A stretch of DNA of 64,000 nucleotides from Chiloscyllium plagiosum (taxonomy: Eukaryota): contig NC_057711.1 of the NCBI RefSeq assembly GCF_004010195.1, forward strand, positions 69,640,796 through 69,704,795, written 5' to 3'. This document shows positions 13,041 to 26,859 of this stretch, in pieces (the first letter of the stretch is position 1; every line of letters starts with the position of its first letter). A program made the translations under genes and the position numbers. The notes beneath the pieces are model-generated. The model saw nothing but the letters and a program-made list of their open reading frames with translations, did not search any database and was not told the origin of the DNA.

Positions 13041-13540
13041 AAGGGAGTATGAAATACTGGTTAGACACTAAAATATACTTAGGACATTCCTGCACTACCT
13101 GATAGACTTCCTATTTCTTTGCCTGAGAAAATTTAACAAAATAAAATAAAAGATCATATATAAAAGCAAATCACAGTATAGTCACCAATCAGCGCTCTCC
13201 CTTGTGCTGACATCAATTTCAGTATTTGCTTACTGTTTGTCCTGATACTTCTGGTCACTCTATTCTGCTCGTTCAGATCTGTGATGTTTACCTCTGGGCT
13301 CTCAGAACAATAAATCACTCAACTGCAGTGCTGTGACATCTCTTCTTCAGTTTCTTTTAAATGATGTAACTCTGCTTTTCCTTTGATTGCCATTGTGCTT
13401 GCGAGTCAATGAAACTTATCCCAGTACCAAATACTTGGATACAACACATCTTCCCAGAACCTTGGATTCTTCACCTGAGAGGAATCATCTCATTCAGCAG
13501 CTGTAAATCTGATCCATGGCTCAACTAGCCCTCTCATGAA

Positions 13541-13638
13541 GTAAAAACAGAAATTGCTGGAAAATCTCAGCAGGTCTGACAGCATCTGTGAACAGAGATC
13601 AGAGTTAGTGTTTCAGGGCAAGTGACCCTTCCTCAGAA
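13541..13638 (-). mobile_element. Penelope-like 3' tail starting at a hammerhead core
   Basis: Minus strand CTGAGGA-AGGGTCACTTGCCCT-GAAAC, followed by the family tail. Confidence 0.7.
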
Positions 13639-14107
13639 GGATTCCAGCATCTCTAACTCAGATCCAAAGGCAAGAAAAGACAAGTGGACCAATAGCTGTC
13701 CACAGTTATTGTTGTTCCACAGCAACTGCCTAAAGAGAACTTCAAATAAACAACTCCTACCCACATTGTAAGGGACCTCCAAAATTAGACCTAATTTTTT
13801 TTAATCTCAAATAAATTGTATCTAAAGAAAGATTGACACTGATATTCATGTCAACTTACATTGGAGGATCGTCTGCGACTATATGAATACTCTCTGCATT
13901 TAAAGATTTCAGAGGCTACCTATTTTATACAACTGTATTACATCATCAGTATACAAGTATAGATGTGTGTTTCTGGCCTGCAAGATAAATTTAATGTTGT
14001 GATGATGCTGCTCCTTTAACAAGATTGTGTTGTCCTTTGGTTTTTTTTCCAAAGGGATTGCAGGCAAAGATGCCGTGATGTCTGGGTTTATCAACTTGAT
14101 GAAGCTT

Positions 14108-14621
14108 TAAAGTTTAAAAAAAACTTTTGTATAATGAAAGCGGAGTGGCCAGTTTTTCCAGCTCAGCTTCTTCTGGTTTGTTTTAGTTTTAGAAGTCTGG
14201 CTGTTCAGGAGCTGCTGGTCAGTTTAAGCTGGGGAATCTGAAGGAACAGCTACAATGGAAGGACATTCCATGCTAAATCTCTCTGCCATCTCTCTCTCTC
14301 CTGTAAGATGCTGTGTTTGATTTTACCTTTTTTGCCAATGGGTGTTTAGGGGATTGTTGCAGGAATTTGGAACAGTATCATTAAGTTGTGATAGAGTCAA
14401 CTGGGTTTTTAAGTAGTTAAGTTATTCTATATTCTGTTCTTTTGTTTGTGCTTCATTCAGTAATCTTGCAAATAAAGTCTGTTTTGTTTAAAAGTGAGTG
14501 GTTGGGCCAGATGCATCATTTCTGGAATATCTACTTTACACTTGCTTAAAACAACTAGAAAAGTTAGTGTCTGGGCTACTTTCATGGAATGTTTTCAAGG
14601 GGTCTAGTCTGGTCTATAACA
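14108..14621 (+). mobile_element. Probable solo or partial LTR
   Basis: TG..ATAACA ends with an internal AATAAA (14471); no coding remnant; family not verified. Confidence 0.4.
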
Positions 14622-17441
14622 ATGTATAAATATCAAAAGTCCTCTCGAGTTTCCTAACCCGACAACTCTACTTTATCACGTTTATTCTTGTCCTGAAAAG
14701 TCTGTTTGAGCTCCTACTGTCACAGACAAAATGAAGAATTGAATTGAATAATTTTTACTATTCTCCTAATCATAACAAGGCATGTTCTTTCAATGTATTT
14801 CTTTATTATTCCCCTTCTCCTTTTAAAAGAGGGATGTTTTTCCTCAAAACACATTTGTGAATTCCAGTTTAAAAATACAAGGTGATGTGTTTCCCCTAAA
14901 ACCTATCGGTGGAAGTCCAATTTAATAATGAACCACAGCAAATTATTTAGGCTTAAAACAAAGTAGGATTTATTATTGTATTCAAAAACTGAGGAAATGG
15001 TTCACAACACACATTCATACACACATGAATGCAAGAAAGAAAAGAATCAAGGAAAAGATGGAAAATTATAAATTACTTAAATCAAACACATAGAATTAGT
15101 TCAAAAACAGAAATTGCTGGAGATACTCAGCAGTATGGCAGAATCTGTGGAAAGAAAGCAGAATTAAAATGTGTGTCCAACTTCTTCAGTACAGTGCTCG
15201 GAATTAGTACTAATCTCAGAATTAGTTTACTTGGGTCATGAAGTCCATTAAGTCAATGATGAGCTGAAATTCTTTCAGTTGACTCTGCACTGAAGTCTCT
15301 CTCAAAACACCTCAAATGGAGTTGCATTGATGATAAATGTATAATAATTGGAAATTGGAAATTCATTCACTTTGTAGGCTAGACACAGCTTTTTTTTCCT
15401 GGAATCAGACTTTCATGAGACATTGAAACCAGAGGGAAGCATTTAACTAAGTCGACAGCAGCTTACTCTTCAAATGTTAACAGCAGGCTGATAAATGAAA
15501 AAAAGTTAAAGCTGCATAAGTAAAAGGTGATTCAAAGTACTTTGTCAGGTGACTGGAATTTAGAGTTTAATCATTCAACCAACAAGATAGGTTTTAGTGT
15601 CTTGGCCAATCTATTGCCTTGGGGTGTTTAACTGTGGAATTGTTAGAATCCAGTCAAGCCATAATGGCCTTTGATTGGTTCCTTTGTTGAGCTGGCTGAG
15701 GGAAATAGCTTGTCTACTAGCCCCTTTTGTTGGCTTGGCTGGGATATTCATCCATTGCAAGGAAGGATACGTGCCAGATATTGAGTTCACTTTTGTCCTG
15801 TTAACTGCTAGAAATTTCTAGAAGCAGACAGTTCAGTTTTTTGTGTTCAATGCAGCCATTTTAAAATTCCAGCAAAAATTAAATTGAGAATGTTGAAGGA
15901 AGAGAATATAGTGATTTCCAAAAAAAAGCACTTTTACTGCCCAGTGAGCATTAAACAAACTCTCAAATGTGCTATCCATTGCAAAGTTTTTCCCCCACCT
16001 GCTCAATATTCATCACCTTGTAAATATTGCTGAATAAATGTAGCACTATATAACATGTAACCTTCCACAGGATGCATCAAAATAATTCAGCAAGGCTCCT
16101 TCAACAGTTCCTTCCAAACTGCATTATCTACCATCAAGACGGACAAATGTAGCAGTTCACTACCACCACTTTGACAGCAAGTAGGGGTGAGTGATAAATG
16201 TAAGCCTAGCCAGTGAAAGTGGCAGCATTAAAATAAAGATAAACTCTTCACAAAATGTACCCTGCCTTTAGAACTGTATTATGCATGAAATGATTGCATC
16301 TGAAACATTTGAAGATAGTAAATCCATTTTCAATTGTGATAATTTTCATTCTCTTTGTGGGATAGTAACTAACTATATGCTTACAGATAGCAGTCATTAT
16401 GCTAGAACAATGAGACCTCTATGAGACCAGACATTTGAGACAAATCTCAGACCTTTTAAACTACTGACAAGGGGTCAAGTCAAAATGTACATGAAATTTA
16501 TTGAATTTAAAGATTCCATTATTATTAAACTTATAGGGAACAGTAAGTGTTATGGAACAATTGGTGAACCTTCACATTTAGTACATGGAGGAAATAACTT
16601 CAGTAAAAACAAGTAATAAACCATGGCTGGAAGTGTACAAATGTATATGCATTACATGAGAATGGGTCAGATTGTGATATTAGCTGTTACCTATGGAACC
16701 ACACAACTTGAAGAGAGTTACTGTCTTCAGAAAAAGGCAGGCAGGTGAGGACACTAGAAAACTAAAAATCATTGGTCAGAAATATGTCCAATATTTCTGA
16801 TTCTGATGTGTCAATATAATGCTTTTTAGCTTTAGGCCCTATGTCACAACAAGTAGTAATACGTTAGGCTGAATCTGGCTCCATATATCCAAACTAAACT
16901 TTGTTTTCTTTATTTTCCTGCTTTGTACCAAGATTCTGTACCTAGGTACCTTTGTATCTAAGATGGCACCATATGTGACAACTTGTGAACTTTTCACTGT
17001 ACTCATGTGAGCACATGACAATAAGCCTAATTCAAACAAGAAAGCAAAGTGACAAAAATTACACAATAAAAATTATAATTTTATGTATAAAAACTGAATA
17101 CATTGCATAACATAACAAATAATTTGCATCATCTCAAAACTCAGTTTTTCAAAGAGACTGAGCTTTTGCTCTTGTAATTTCTATCATCTTGTATACTCAT
17201 TGATTGAATTTCAGATGTACAAGTCATTCCCAAGTACTTATATTGTATATTTAATAGACAGGTACAAGTACGAGATTCATCTATTTGTATTACATTCATT
17301 AATCCCTGAGGTATGACAATTCATTATAAATATGATGCTTTTTCTATCTATTTCAAAACCATTTTTCAGATAAAGCTTTTGGTTAATATGTCAATGAAAG
17401 AACTTTGTGTAGGAGAGATTCTACTACTGCTGTGCTTACAG

Positions 17442-17530
17442 AAAACATCAAACAAAACAATTTATAACACATCCTGTTAATCATTACAGAAATGATCTCT
17501 GCTGCTCAGGCATTTCAGGAGATTACAGTG
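17442..17530 (+). CDS. Putative penultimate coding exon of an unidentified gene (alternative acceptors at 17413 and 17490)
   Basis: ctgtgcttacag|A..AGTG|gtaaga; open frame KHQTKQFITHPVNHYRNDLCCSGISGDYS; the phase-1 end matches the 23123 exon; non-repetitive context. Confidence 0.45.
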
Positions 17531-19429
17531 GTAAGATACAGCCCAGATGTGGATGTCTTAGCCCAGGTTTGCCTCATGGCCAGTAGCAGTCAGTGTATCC
17601 TAAATGAGCTCTTGACAGGTAGGAGTATAATATGGCAGAAAGCCATGGTAGCAGTGCCTAGAGAAAGAATCTGCCAAATATGCCTCCCTCAGTGCTGCTT
17701 ACTGTAATCACACATCATTTATTGTCAATGAAAGCTAGTATGATACAAGCTCAAGGGTTTGACTTTGCAATTTATTATACTTTTCTGTGTCACTGCATTC
17801 TATTAGATCAAAAAGCTAAGCTTAATTGATTGTTTTATTCTACCATTGAAAAGAATTGTTTTTATTTGGACATTTAGTCACTATGGACAAACTCAAGTTT
17901 ATTCATGTATCACTGGAACTTCAAAAAAACAATATAATTACATATTACCATTAATGTAGCACATACTGCCACTGCCTACTTGCAGACCTTTGTTTTGTAA
18001 ACCCTGCAGTTTTCTCTTGTATCATGTATAAAATAATTAGTCAAGTTCTGTTGGCGATTCTATTGTGCAAATTAAGAGGTTGGATGGCTCCCAAAAACTA
18101 GCAAGGAATGCAATGTACATTTCATGCATTTCATGCATTTGCCATTGCTTCTGATGTAAACTTCATGCTATCTGCTCATTTAAATGGTTTTAGCTTGAAT
18201 TATTGCAAAATGCAGTCAATGTTATGAAAACATCTTCAAGCCCTTTAATGATGCATTGTCTAATGCCCAATGTCTCACCTTCCATTGAAGGCAACAAGTG
18301 TCTATGTTGAGTGGAAACTCAGATTGAAGTCTTAATCCAGCAATTTCTCCTCAAACACATTGCTAGGATGGCTGAGAGACCACCACAGGGGGGCATCTAC
18401 AAAAATCTGAAGTATCCTTTTATATTCTTTCAGATTCTGATCTGCCCACTCTGTTTAGTTATGGCACACACTATCTACGCCCACAATTAAGCCCAATCCA
18501 ACATGGAGACTGGCAAACATTAAAGTAGAAGTGTGTACATGTGGTGCATAAATTATTTTGGAACAACTCATAGCAACAAAGGCACTGAAAATACAAGCAT
18601 TTGGTAACGTTCTTGTCATCATTATCTTTAAAAAAATGCATATAATTTTGAATTTTCATGGATGAAAGATTAAAATATCAGCAACACTATAAACAATTAC
18701 ACAAACACTACTTCTTCAATTTATACACATACATGTTCACTTGTGATGATCTAGCATTGAAACTCCCTCAAGAAGTACTCCACCAATGACTACCTCAACA
18801 ACTGCGTAAGTTCTGGTGGCTTACTTTCTGTTCCTGGGACTACACTCCACAGTGTTCTGGAAATTGCACTCTGACACATATGGGCAAAATTCTAGCTTAT
18901 CATCACAATCAGCAAACTTCACCAAGCCAGAACTGTCCCTGAAATAGTTTCCTGAGCTTGAACTTAGCTCAGTTACGCAAAGAAAATACTGTTTGTGGGT
19001 TTCCTACAACTTTGCTCAAAAGCTGCACTGAACTATTAATAGCACAGTTTCTTATGAGTGCCCAGAGCTCCCGGAACTTTTGTTGAGCCATACCTCAACA
19101 TGGCACATGGCTGTACCTACTGACTCCTAGTACTTCACCTTGAGTTCTGATCACAGATATCCAACTGATCTTGACTTCTCACTGAGCCCTAACTCTACAA
19201 TTAATTACACACCGGTCTCCTGAAACTTCCTTCCAAGTTCTGACTGTCCAAACCCTGTGGACCCAAGTCATTTCCTCAGTAGCGCGGTTCTTCTGTGCAT
19301 GTTTCCTACCTCGGTCTCTATCAGTCTTCTTGTCCAAATAAGAGTGATTCCATAGTTCATTACTTTGACGCAGGACTGAATTTTATCAAAAATGCGATAC
19401 AAGACCATTTTTGGAACTTGGGGAAAAGA

Positions 19430-20050
19430 ACAGAATCATATCAGACTCAAAATATTGACTGTCTCTCAAGCCACATGTTCAGCCAGACCTGTTGAGTTTC
19501 TCCAGCATTTGTTTTTACTTCAAATTTCCATTAACTGCAGTATTTTGTTTTAGTTCAGGAGTTAATTCACTGTCACTTCTCTTCCAGCGATGCCCACCTT
19601 GAAGAAGTTCTGCTATTTTCTCTGACAAGATTTTTGTTTAAAATTTTCAGCTTCTTCACATTCATTGTTCTCTATTTTCCGCCAAGTGTTTGATAAAGTG
19701 TTTTGCCAAACTTCGATTTCACAGCTATATCTCCTTCCTCAGTGACTGTCTCTGGCTTCCTCTTACCCCTTCTGGATATCAATTGAAGTTCCATCCTTCA
19801 TGTTTTGAATACACCCAAGATTACAGGTATCTCCAAGACATACAATGCTCCTTATACGGCTACTCCCATCACATCCTGAGATCCATACTCAATGCAGTGT
19901 CCCACCACATACAGACTCTCAACCTTTCTCTCCATCAGCATCACCTCAGACTGTCTCAAAGGTGTCCTGGCTCCCAGTTCCACTTCATTCTTCTTGTTCA
20001 ACATCTTAGCAAGAAACATTTTCTCTTTCTTTCTGTTGTTAAGGAACACA
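19430..20050 (+). mobile_element. Penelope-like element 5' region (pLTR-type tail plus ORF start), decayed
   Basis: Degenerate family tail at 19430-19550, then RFHSYISFLSDCL..GYQLKFHPSCF. Confidence 0.65.
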
Positions 20051-20109
20051 AGCTCCAAAAAGAATCATAAGCAAGATCATAGTGGACTGGAAACCTTAAA
20101 ACATTTCTC

Positions 20110-20797
20110 TGTCCACAGAATGCTGCTCAGTGTTCTGAGTCCGATCATATTGTGTTAAGGAGCTTGATGGCTTGATGTAAGCAATTGTTGCACAGTCTGG
20201 CCATGAGAGATTGAATGCTCTGATATCTTCTACTAAATGGGAGGAGGGAGAAGAGTTTGAGTTAGGGGTGTGTGGGGTCTTCCACAATGTTCTTAGCCTT
20301 TCAGACGCAGTGTGTATTGTAAATGTCTGTAATAGAGGAAAGAGAGACCCTGATGATCTTCTCAGCTGTCCTCACTATCCATTGTAGGGTCTTACGATCT
20401 GAGACAATGCAATTCCCGAAGCAGCCAGTGATGCAGCATCTCAATGAACCCTCCGTGGAATGTAGTGAGGATGGTGGTGGGAGGTGGGCTTTCCTCAACC
20501 TGCGTAGAAAGTAGAAATGCTTCTGGGCTTTCTTGGCTGTGGAGCTGCTGATGAGGGTCCAGGAGAGATTCTCCGTCAGGTATACGCCAAGAAACTTGGT
20601 GCTCTTCATGATCATGGAGAGTTGGTCACTCCGTGCCCTCCTGAAGTCAACAACCATCTCTTTCATCTTATCCACATTCAGAGACAGGTTCTGGTTCTGC
20701 ACCAATCCGTTAGCCACTGCACCTCCTCTCTTTATGCTGACTCATTGATCGTGCTGATGAGACCCAGTACAGTCATATCATCAGTCAACATGATGAT
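20110..20797 (-). mobile_element. Rex-Babar LINE, 3' fragment
   Basis: LTDDMTVLGLIS; NLSLNVDKMKEMVVDFRR..KFLGVYLTENLSW..KKAQKHFYFLRRLRK. Confidence 0.85.
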
Positions 20798-20799
20798 TT

Positions 20800-22170
20800 G
20801 ATTCGACCTCTGATAATTTTCAACTCCACTTCCAGCTTTTTCCCTATAATCCTTGATTCTCTTACCAATTATAAATCTAGCCATTTCAGTCTTGAATATA
20901 CTTAATGATCCAGCTTTGACAAACGTCTGCAGCAAAGAATTCCACAGATTCACTGCCCTCTGAGAGAAGAAGTTCTTCCTCATCTCTGTCTTAAATGGGA
21001 TGACCCCTTATTCTGAGATTATTCCCTCTGGTCCTAGACTCTACAGGAAGGGGAAACAGCCTTTCCACATCTACCCTATCAAGTCCCTTAAGAATTGTGA
21101 ACATTTTAATAACATCACCTCTCACTCTTCTAAATTCCAATGAATGCAGGCCGAACCTATCCTCGTAAGATAATCCCTCCATAGCTGGTATTCCATGAAC
21201 CTTATCTGAATTGCCTCCAATGCCAATATATCTTTCCTAAGACAATGGGTCCAAAGCTGTTCACAGTATTCCAGCAGTGGTTTGACTAGCATCCTGTATA
21301 GTTTTAGAAAAGCATCCCTTCTTTTATAACCACTCCCTTTGAAATAAAAGTCAACATTCACTTTTCTGTGATTCATAGATGAGGTCTGCCAAATCCTTCT
21401 GTTTTGCGGCTTATCTCCATTTAAATAATATTTACCCCCGCTGTTCTTCCTATCAAAGTGCATGACGTCACATTTTCCCACATTATATTCATCTGCCAAG
21501 TTTTTGTCCACTCATTTAACCTGGTTGTATCCCTCTGCAGACTTTATATAATTCTCACCAATTGCTTTCCCACCTATTTTTGTGTCAACTGTGAACTTGG
21601 TGATAATACATTCACTCCCATCATCCAATGGTGAATATATAATAGTGAATAATTGTGGCCTCAGCACTGATCCCTGTGACACTCCACAAGTTACAGATTG
21701 CATCCTGAAAATGCCCCCCTTATACCAACTGTCTGTCTACTATTAGCTAGCTAATCCTTTGATCATGCTCATAGATATTTTAAATCAACCTGTTCAGGGA
21801 TGTTATGACTCACCTCTGGAGCAGGTGGGACTTGAATCCAGACCTCCTGGTCCAGAGGTAGGGACGTTATTGCCACAGCACACAAGCTCCTATATCCATG
21901 CTAATATATCGCTTCCAAAACCATGGACTCTTACCTTATTAAGTAGAGTAACATGTGGTACCTGATCAGCTGCTTTCTGAAAAGTTTGATATACAATATC
22001 CATTGCTTCCCCTTCATCAACCCTGCTTGGTATCTCCTCAAACAATTCTAGTAAATATTACCTCTTCATGAAGTCATGCTAACTCTGCTTAATCATATTG
22101 TGTATTTCTAAATTCTCTGTTGTCACATCCTTTATAATACACTGCAACATATTCCCAGTGGCAGACATAA
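20800..22170 (-). mobile_element. CR1 LINE, ORF2 fragment
   Basis: GVSQGSVLRPQLFTI..KFTVDTKIGG; LVKPLLEYCEQLW; RKNFFSQRAVNLWNSL. Confidence 0.9.
21772..21886 (-). mobile_element. Short tRNA-headed SINE inserted in CR1
   Basis: Minus strand B-box-like GATTCAAGTCCC in an approximately 115-bp insert that interrupts CR1 homology. Confidence 0.55.
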
Positions 22171-23122
22171 TCAAGCAACTGTTGTGACATTGTATACAGT
22201 GGCCAAGTAACTGCCTAATAGAAAACTACTCCTTCAACAGTTAACCAAAGGAAAAAAATCCACAGTAACAATTCTGTTTACTATGTCACTTCATAACTTT
22301 GTAGAGGGAATAGTTTCACAAACCCCTACTACTATTTTTTATCTTTCATTAAACCATCTGGGACTCAAGCTTTATTATTGGCCATCATCAATGATTGATC
22401 TACCCCACCATGTCTGAAAATAATAATATGGTCATTGGTTTTGTTGGAGGAGTTAGGGAATACTTCTCCCTTGGGAAAAAAAAACCTCTCAAACCTCTGG
22501 TAACCTGACTCACTTTAGCAGTATTCGAGGAATAACCCCTGCATTTCTCATACGAGCTATATTCCCCATTCTTTAGGTTCTGAGAGAATACATTTCACAG
22601 ACTTTTCACAACAAAACTACTATTGTAGCTTGTTTAAGATTCTACTTCCAACAATTAGCATATCTGGTTGCATTGAAAACATACTCTCAAATACATTCAT
22701 TTCTGGTCTGAGGTGGGGAATCTCTCTGCAATCCCAGTTTTTTTCTACTCATCCCTCCTTTCCTTTGAACCTTCCACCTTATTTGGTTTGTGGGGGTTGA
22801 TAGTAACAAAGTTTCCTTCGAGTTAAGAGTTTTTGAACAAGCTTTTAAGCATCAGCCGCCTCGGCAGCTTTGCAGTAGAACACAAGTAAAACATGCTTTT
22901 GTGGAATGAAAAACTGAGGCTGGCTATCACTGCAAGAATTTTATATGCTAGTCAACTTATAAACTGTGATAATAGGTCTGAAAAACACTCAAGTTAATTT
23001 TTAATTTGTGAGAAACTACTTTGTGTTAAACAAAGCTGGAGTGATTAGCAGTGTATTGCATTTTCTTGTTTATTTTGCTTCTTACTGCTGTGCTTGACCC
23101 AAACTCCTCAGTGCCTTGTTAG

Positions 23123-23304
23123 GTACTGATGGACTGAGTGTGCTGTATCATCCTTTGAACAGTTGTCCTGTGAGAGAACAACCATCAACTTCAATAACTG
23201 TGTACAATAAGGCCAGCGCGACCTCCTTTCAAGCCACAGGAAAAAGTACTATTTCAAATTTCACAGTGGACTGCGCAGAAAATCCACCGAAAACTGAATT
23301 TTAG
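23123..23304 (+). CDS. Putative terminal coding exon of the same unidentified gene
   Basis: gccttgttag|GT; reads (G)TDGLSVLYHPLNSCPVREQPSTSITVYNKASATSFQATGKSTISNFTVDCAENPPKTEF*; followed by about 0.9 kb of repeat-free AT-rich sequence with ATTAAA (23714) and AATAAA (24098). Confidence 0.5.
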
Positions 23305-24251
23305 AAGAAGTTACAGCTGCCATAAGTGTTCACTGAGACTGTGTCTCAGAGTAATAGCTCAGGATATCGTTTATAGCTAAGCAATATTTGGTGACAATCT
23401 CTGCTGCTAGCATCACAGAATGTGTTCAGCTGTCAGGCCCAAAGATTTAGTTCATTCATCTTTTTCAGAGCTTTATATTGTTCAGTTTTCAGCCTATTTC
23501 AGAAATATCAGGATTTTAGCCTAATCTTACATTATTCACTTCTCAAATCAGGTCAGCTAGAAGCACAATGACCAGCTGTTCACTTTCTCTCTCTAAGTAG
23601 CATTTTCACTAACAGATTACCGTCATCCAGAAAATATAGCTTTATGTATGATTCATATCATGGCAATGTTTAACATGTAATATTGGCTTGTATTAGAACA
23701 TTTTAAATACCAGATTAAAAATCTATTCTATTTTCTCATCCCTTTTTCATCTGAAGAGGTGTTCAGAAAAGCCTGTGAAAAATTATGAAGATATAATGCC
23801 AATTTAAAAGAAAACAGATTATGTATTGCATAATCAAAGAAAAGTTTAAGTTCTACACTACATATATGTAATGAGAAGGAGTTTTTTAGTTGGAGTTAGT
23901 TTCTGTTCTCTAATATCAAATGTCAGTCAAGACGATGGACAACTTAGACAGTAGAAGGGTGGAGAGAGGTTGTGGATCAGTCGAGCTGGGTATTGTCTAC
24001 GTGTGGAACATAATACTACTTTTGAATTATACTTCTAAAGGGTGGCATTTAAATAGTAGGGATAAAACATAAAATTCAAGTACCATTGAAGAGAGTTAAT
24101 AAACATTGAAAACTCAAGAAAGTAGAGATTAAGAACCTTGTTTCCTGATTTTATTTTAAGTGATATGAATGTCCACATTGCTTTAAGAGGTGAATGGTTT
24201 GTCATTTTACTTAGTAAGAAACTTGTTTGATTAAAAAGGCCATTAGTATTA

Positions 24252-25700
24252 CATAGAACATAGAACATAGAACATAGAACAATACAGCACAGAACAGGCC
24301 CTTCGGCCCACGATGTTGTGCCGAACTTCTAACCTAGATTAAGTACCCATCCATGTACCTATCCAAATGCCGCTTAAAGGTCGCCAATGATTCCGACTCT
24401 ACCACTCCCACGGGCAGCGCATTCCATGCCCCCACCACTCTCTGGGTAAAGAACCCACCCCTGACTTCTCCCCTATACCTTCCACCCTTCACCTTAAATT
24501 TATGTCCCCTTGTAACACTCTGTTGTACCCGGGGAAAAAGTTTCTGACTGTATACTCTATCTATTCCTCTGATCATCTTATAAACCTCCATCAAGTCACC
24601 CCTCATCCTTCGCCGTTCCAACGAGAAAAGGCCGAGAACTCTCAACCTATCCTCGTACGACTTCCTCTCCATTCCAGGCAACATCCTGGTAAATCTTCTC
24701 TGCACCCTCTCCAAAGCTTCCACATCCTTCCTGTAATGCGGTGACCAGAACTGCACGCAATACTCCAAAGTGCGGCCGCACCAGAGTTTTAGAACATAGA
24801 ACATAGAACAATACAGCACAAAACAGGCGTATCATCTGCAAATTTACTGACCCATCCTTCGACTCCCTCATCTAAGTCATTAATAAAAATTACAAACAGC
24901 AGAGGACCTAGAACTGATTGCTGCGGAACTCCACTTGTAACTGGGCTCCAGGCTGAATATTTACCATCTACCACCACTCTCTGCCTTCGACCGGTTAGCC
25001 AGTTTTCTATCCAATTGGCCAAATTTCCCTCTATCCCATGCCTCCTGACTTTCCGCATAAGCCTACCATGGGGAACCTTATCAAATGCCTTACTAAAATC
25101 CATGTTTACTACATCCACTGCTCTACCCTCATCTACATGCTTGGTCACCTCCTCGAAGAATTCAATAAGACTTGTAAGGTAAGACCTACCCTTCACAAAT
25201 CCGTGCTGCTGTCCCTAATCAAGCAGTGTCTTTCCAGATACTCATAAATCCTATCCCTCAGTACCCTTTCCATTACTTTGCCTACCACCGAAGTAAGACT
25301 AACAGGCCTGTAATTCCCGGGGTTATCCCTATTCCCTTTTTTGAACAGGGGCACAACATTCGCTACTCTCCAGTCCCCTGGTACCACCCCCGTTGCCAGT
25401 GAAGACGAGAAGATCATTGCCAACGGTACTGCACTTTCCTCTCTTGCTTCCCACATAATCCTAGGATATATCCCGTCAGGCCCGGGGGACTTGTCTATCC
25501 TCAAGTTGTTCAAAATGTCCAACACATCTTCCTTCCTAACAGGTATCTCTTCTAGCTTACCAGTCCATTTCACACTCTCCTCTTCTACAATACGGTCCCT
25601 CTCGTTCGTAAATACTGAAGAGAAGTACTTGTTCAAGACCTCTCCTATCTCTTCCGACTCAATACACAGTCTCCCACTACTGTCCTTGATCGGACCTACC
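24252..25700 (-). mobile_element. Young 5'-truncated CR1 LINE, internally rearranged
   Basis: [43 protein letters not shown]; (TTCTATG)n tail; CpG-rich. Confidence 0.95.
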
Positions 25701-26149
25701 TTAGTAAAACCTAGGCATCTGCTTTTCCATTCTCATAGGCTCCCTTGCTTGTAAATATAATGATTTGTTTTGGCAGGTGAATCCATTTGGCTGAGTTTCA
25801 AAAGCTTAAAAACACTTATCTCGGCAACGGTGTTTGCATAGTTGGCTAGCCATTTTAAGCAGTTATTAAGGGCCTATTAAATGAACTTGAAGTACTAAGC
25901 AACATTTGTCCTACAATGTAGCAAGGGTAATTTATATCTCAAATATGGAATGGCTTAACGTGTCAAGTCAAATTTAATAGTTCAGGTGAAAAGATATCAC
26001 ATAGAGATAATTAGTGGGAAAGTGTCTTTTTGATGAAAGTGACATGAAAAATACAGAATGTATCATTATTTACAACAAGAGTACATAGGATTAGATTTTT
26101 GTGATGAGCAGAGGTTATTTCCCATCAGCCTTGGCCATACCTATTTTTT

Positions 26150-26430
26150 TTTATTCACTCATGGGATATGGGCATCATTGGCTAGGCCAGCATTTAGTCG
26201 CAATGCCAAAATTGCCCAGAGGGCAGCTTAGAGGCAATCACATCACTGTGAGTCTGGAGTCACATGTAGTCCAGACCAGACAAGGATGGTAGTTTCCTTC
26301 CCTAAGGGCATTAATGAACTGGATGGGTTTTCTGACAATCAACAATGGATTCATGATCATCATTTAGACTCTTAATTCCAGATGTGTACTGAATTCAAAT
26401 TGCAACATCTGCCATGGCAGGATTCACGTG
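26150..26430 (-). mobile_element. SacSINE1/Deu-like SINE fragment
   Basis: GGAGTCACATGTAGTCCAGACCAG..TTTCCTTCCCTAAGGGCATT body, shared with the 9485 and 35340 copies. Confidence 0.6.
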
Positions 26431-26859
26431 GTCATCTCCTGGAGATGTGGGTGAGCAGAGTGCAGGTTTCCAATCCCTGATGTGGGCTGGTAAGAAAAAT
26501 ACATCTTACTATATTTTCATTCCAACTCTGTGTCTGATCCTTATGCTCCCTAACCCACATCCCGCACACCCCACTCAAACCCCATACCCCCTCCAATCCC
26601 CTCTTCCCAACAGTCCTTCCAAGAACCCATATATCCTTCACGCTGCTGCAAATAGCCGGAGATAGAAATTTCTCTCATTCATTAACTATTTTTCTTTCCA
26701 AATCCCAACTGCATGTGGTCCCAAAATTGCACCACAAAATCCAACTCTGGCTGCTAGACTGGTCAATGTCGACTAGAATCTGCCCAAGGCCAATATATCC
26801 TTGCTAAGGTGTGGCATATAGAACACTTTAATTCATACAAGTGATGTGGATATTTGCAT

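Noticed and set aside
16537..16542. 6-nt micro-exon (ttatag|GGAACA|gtaagt)
   Set aside because: Poor pyrimidine tract; too short to support without reads
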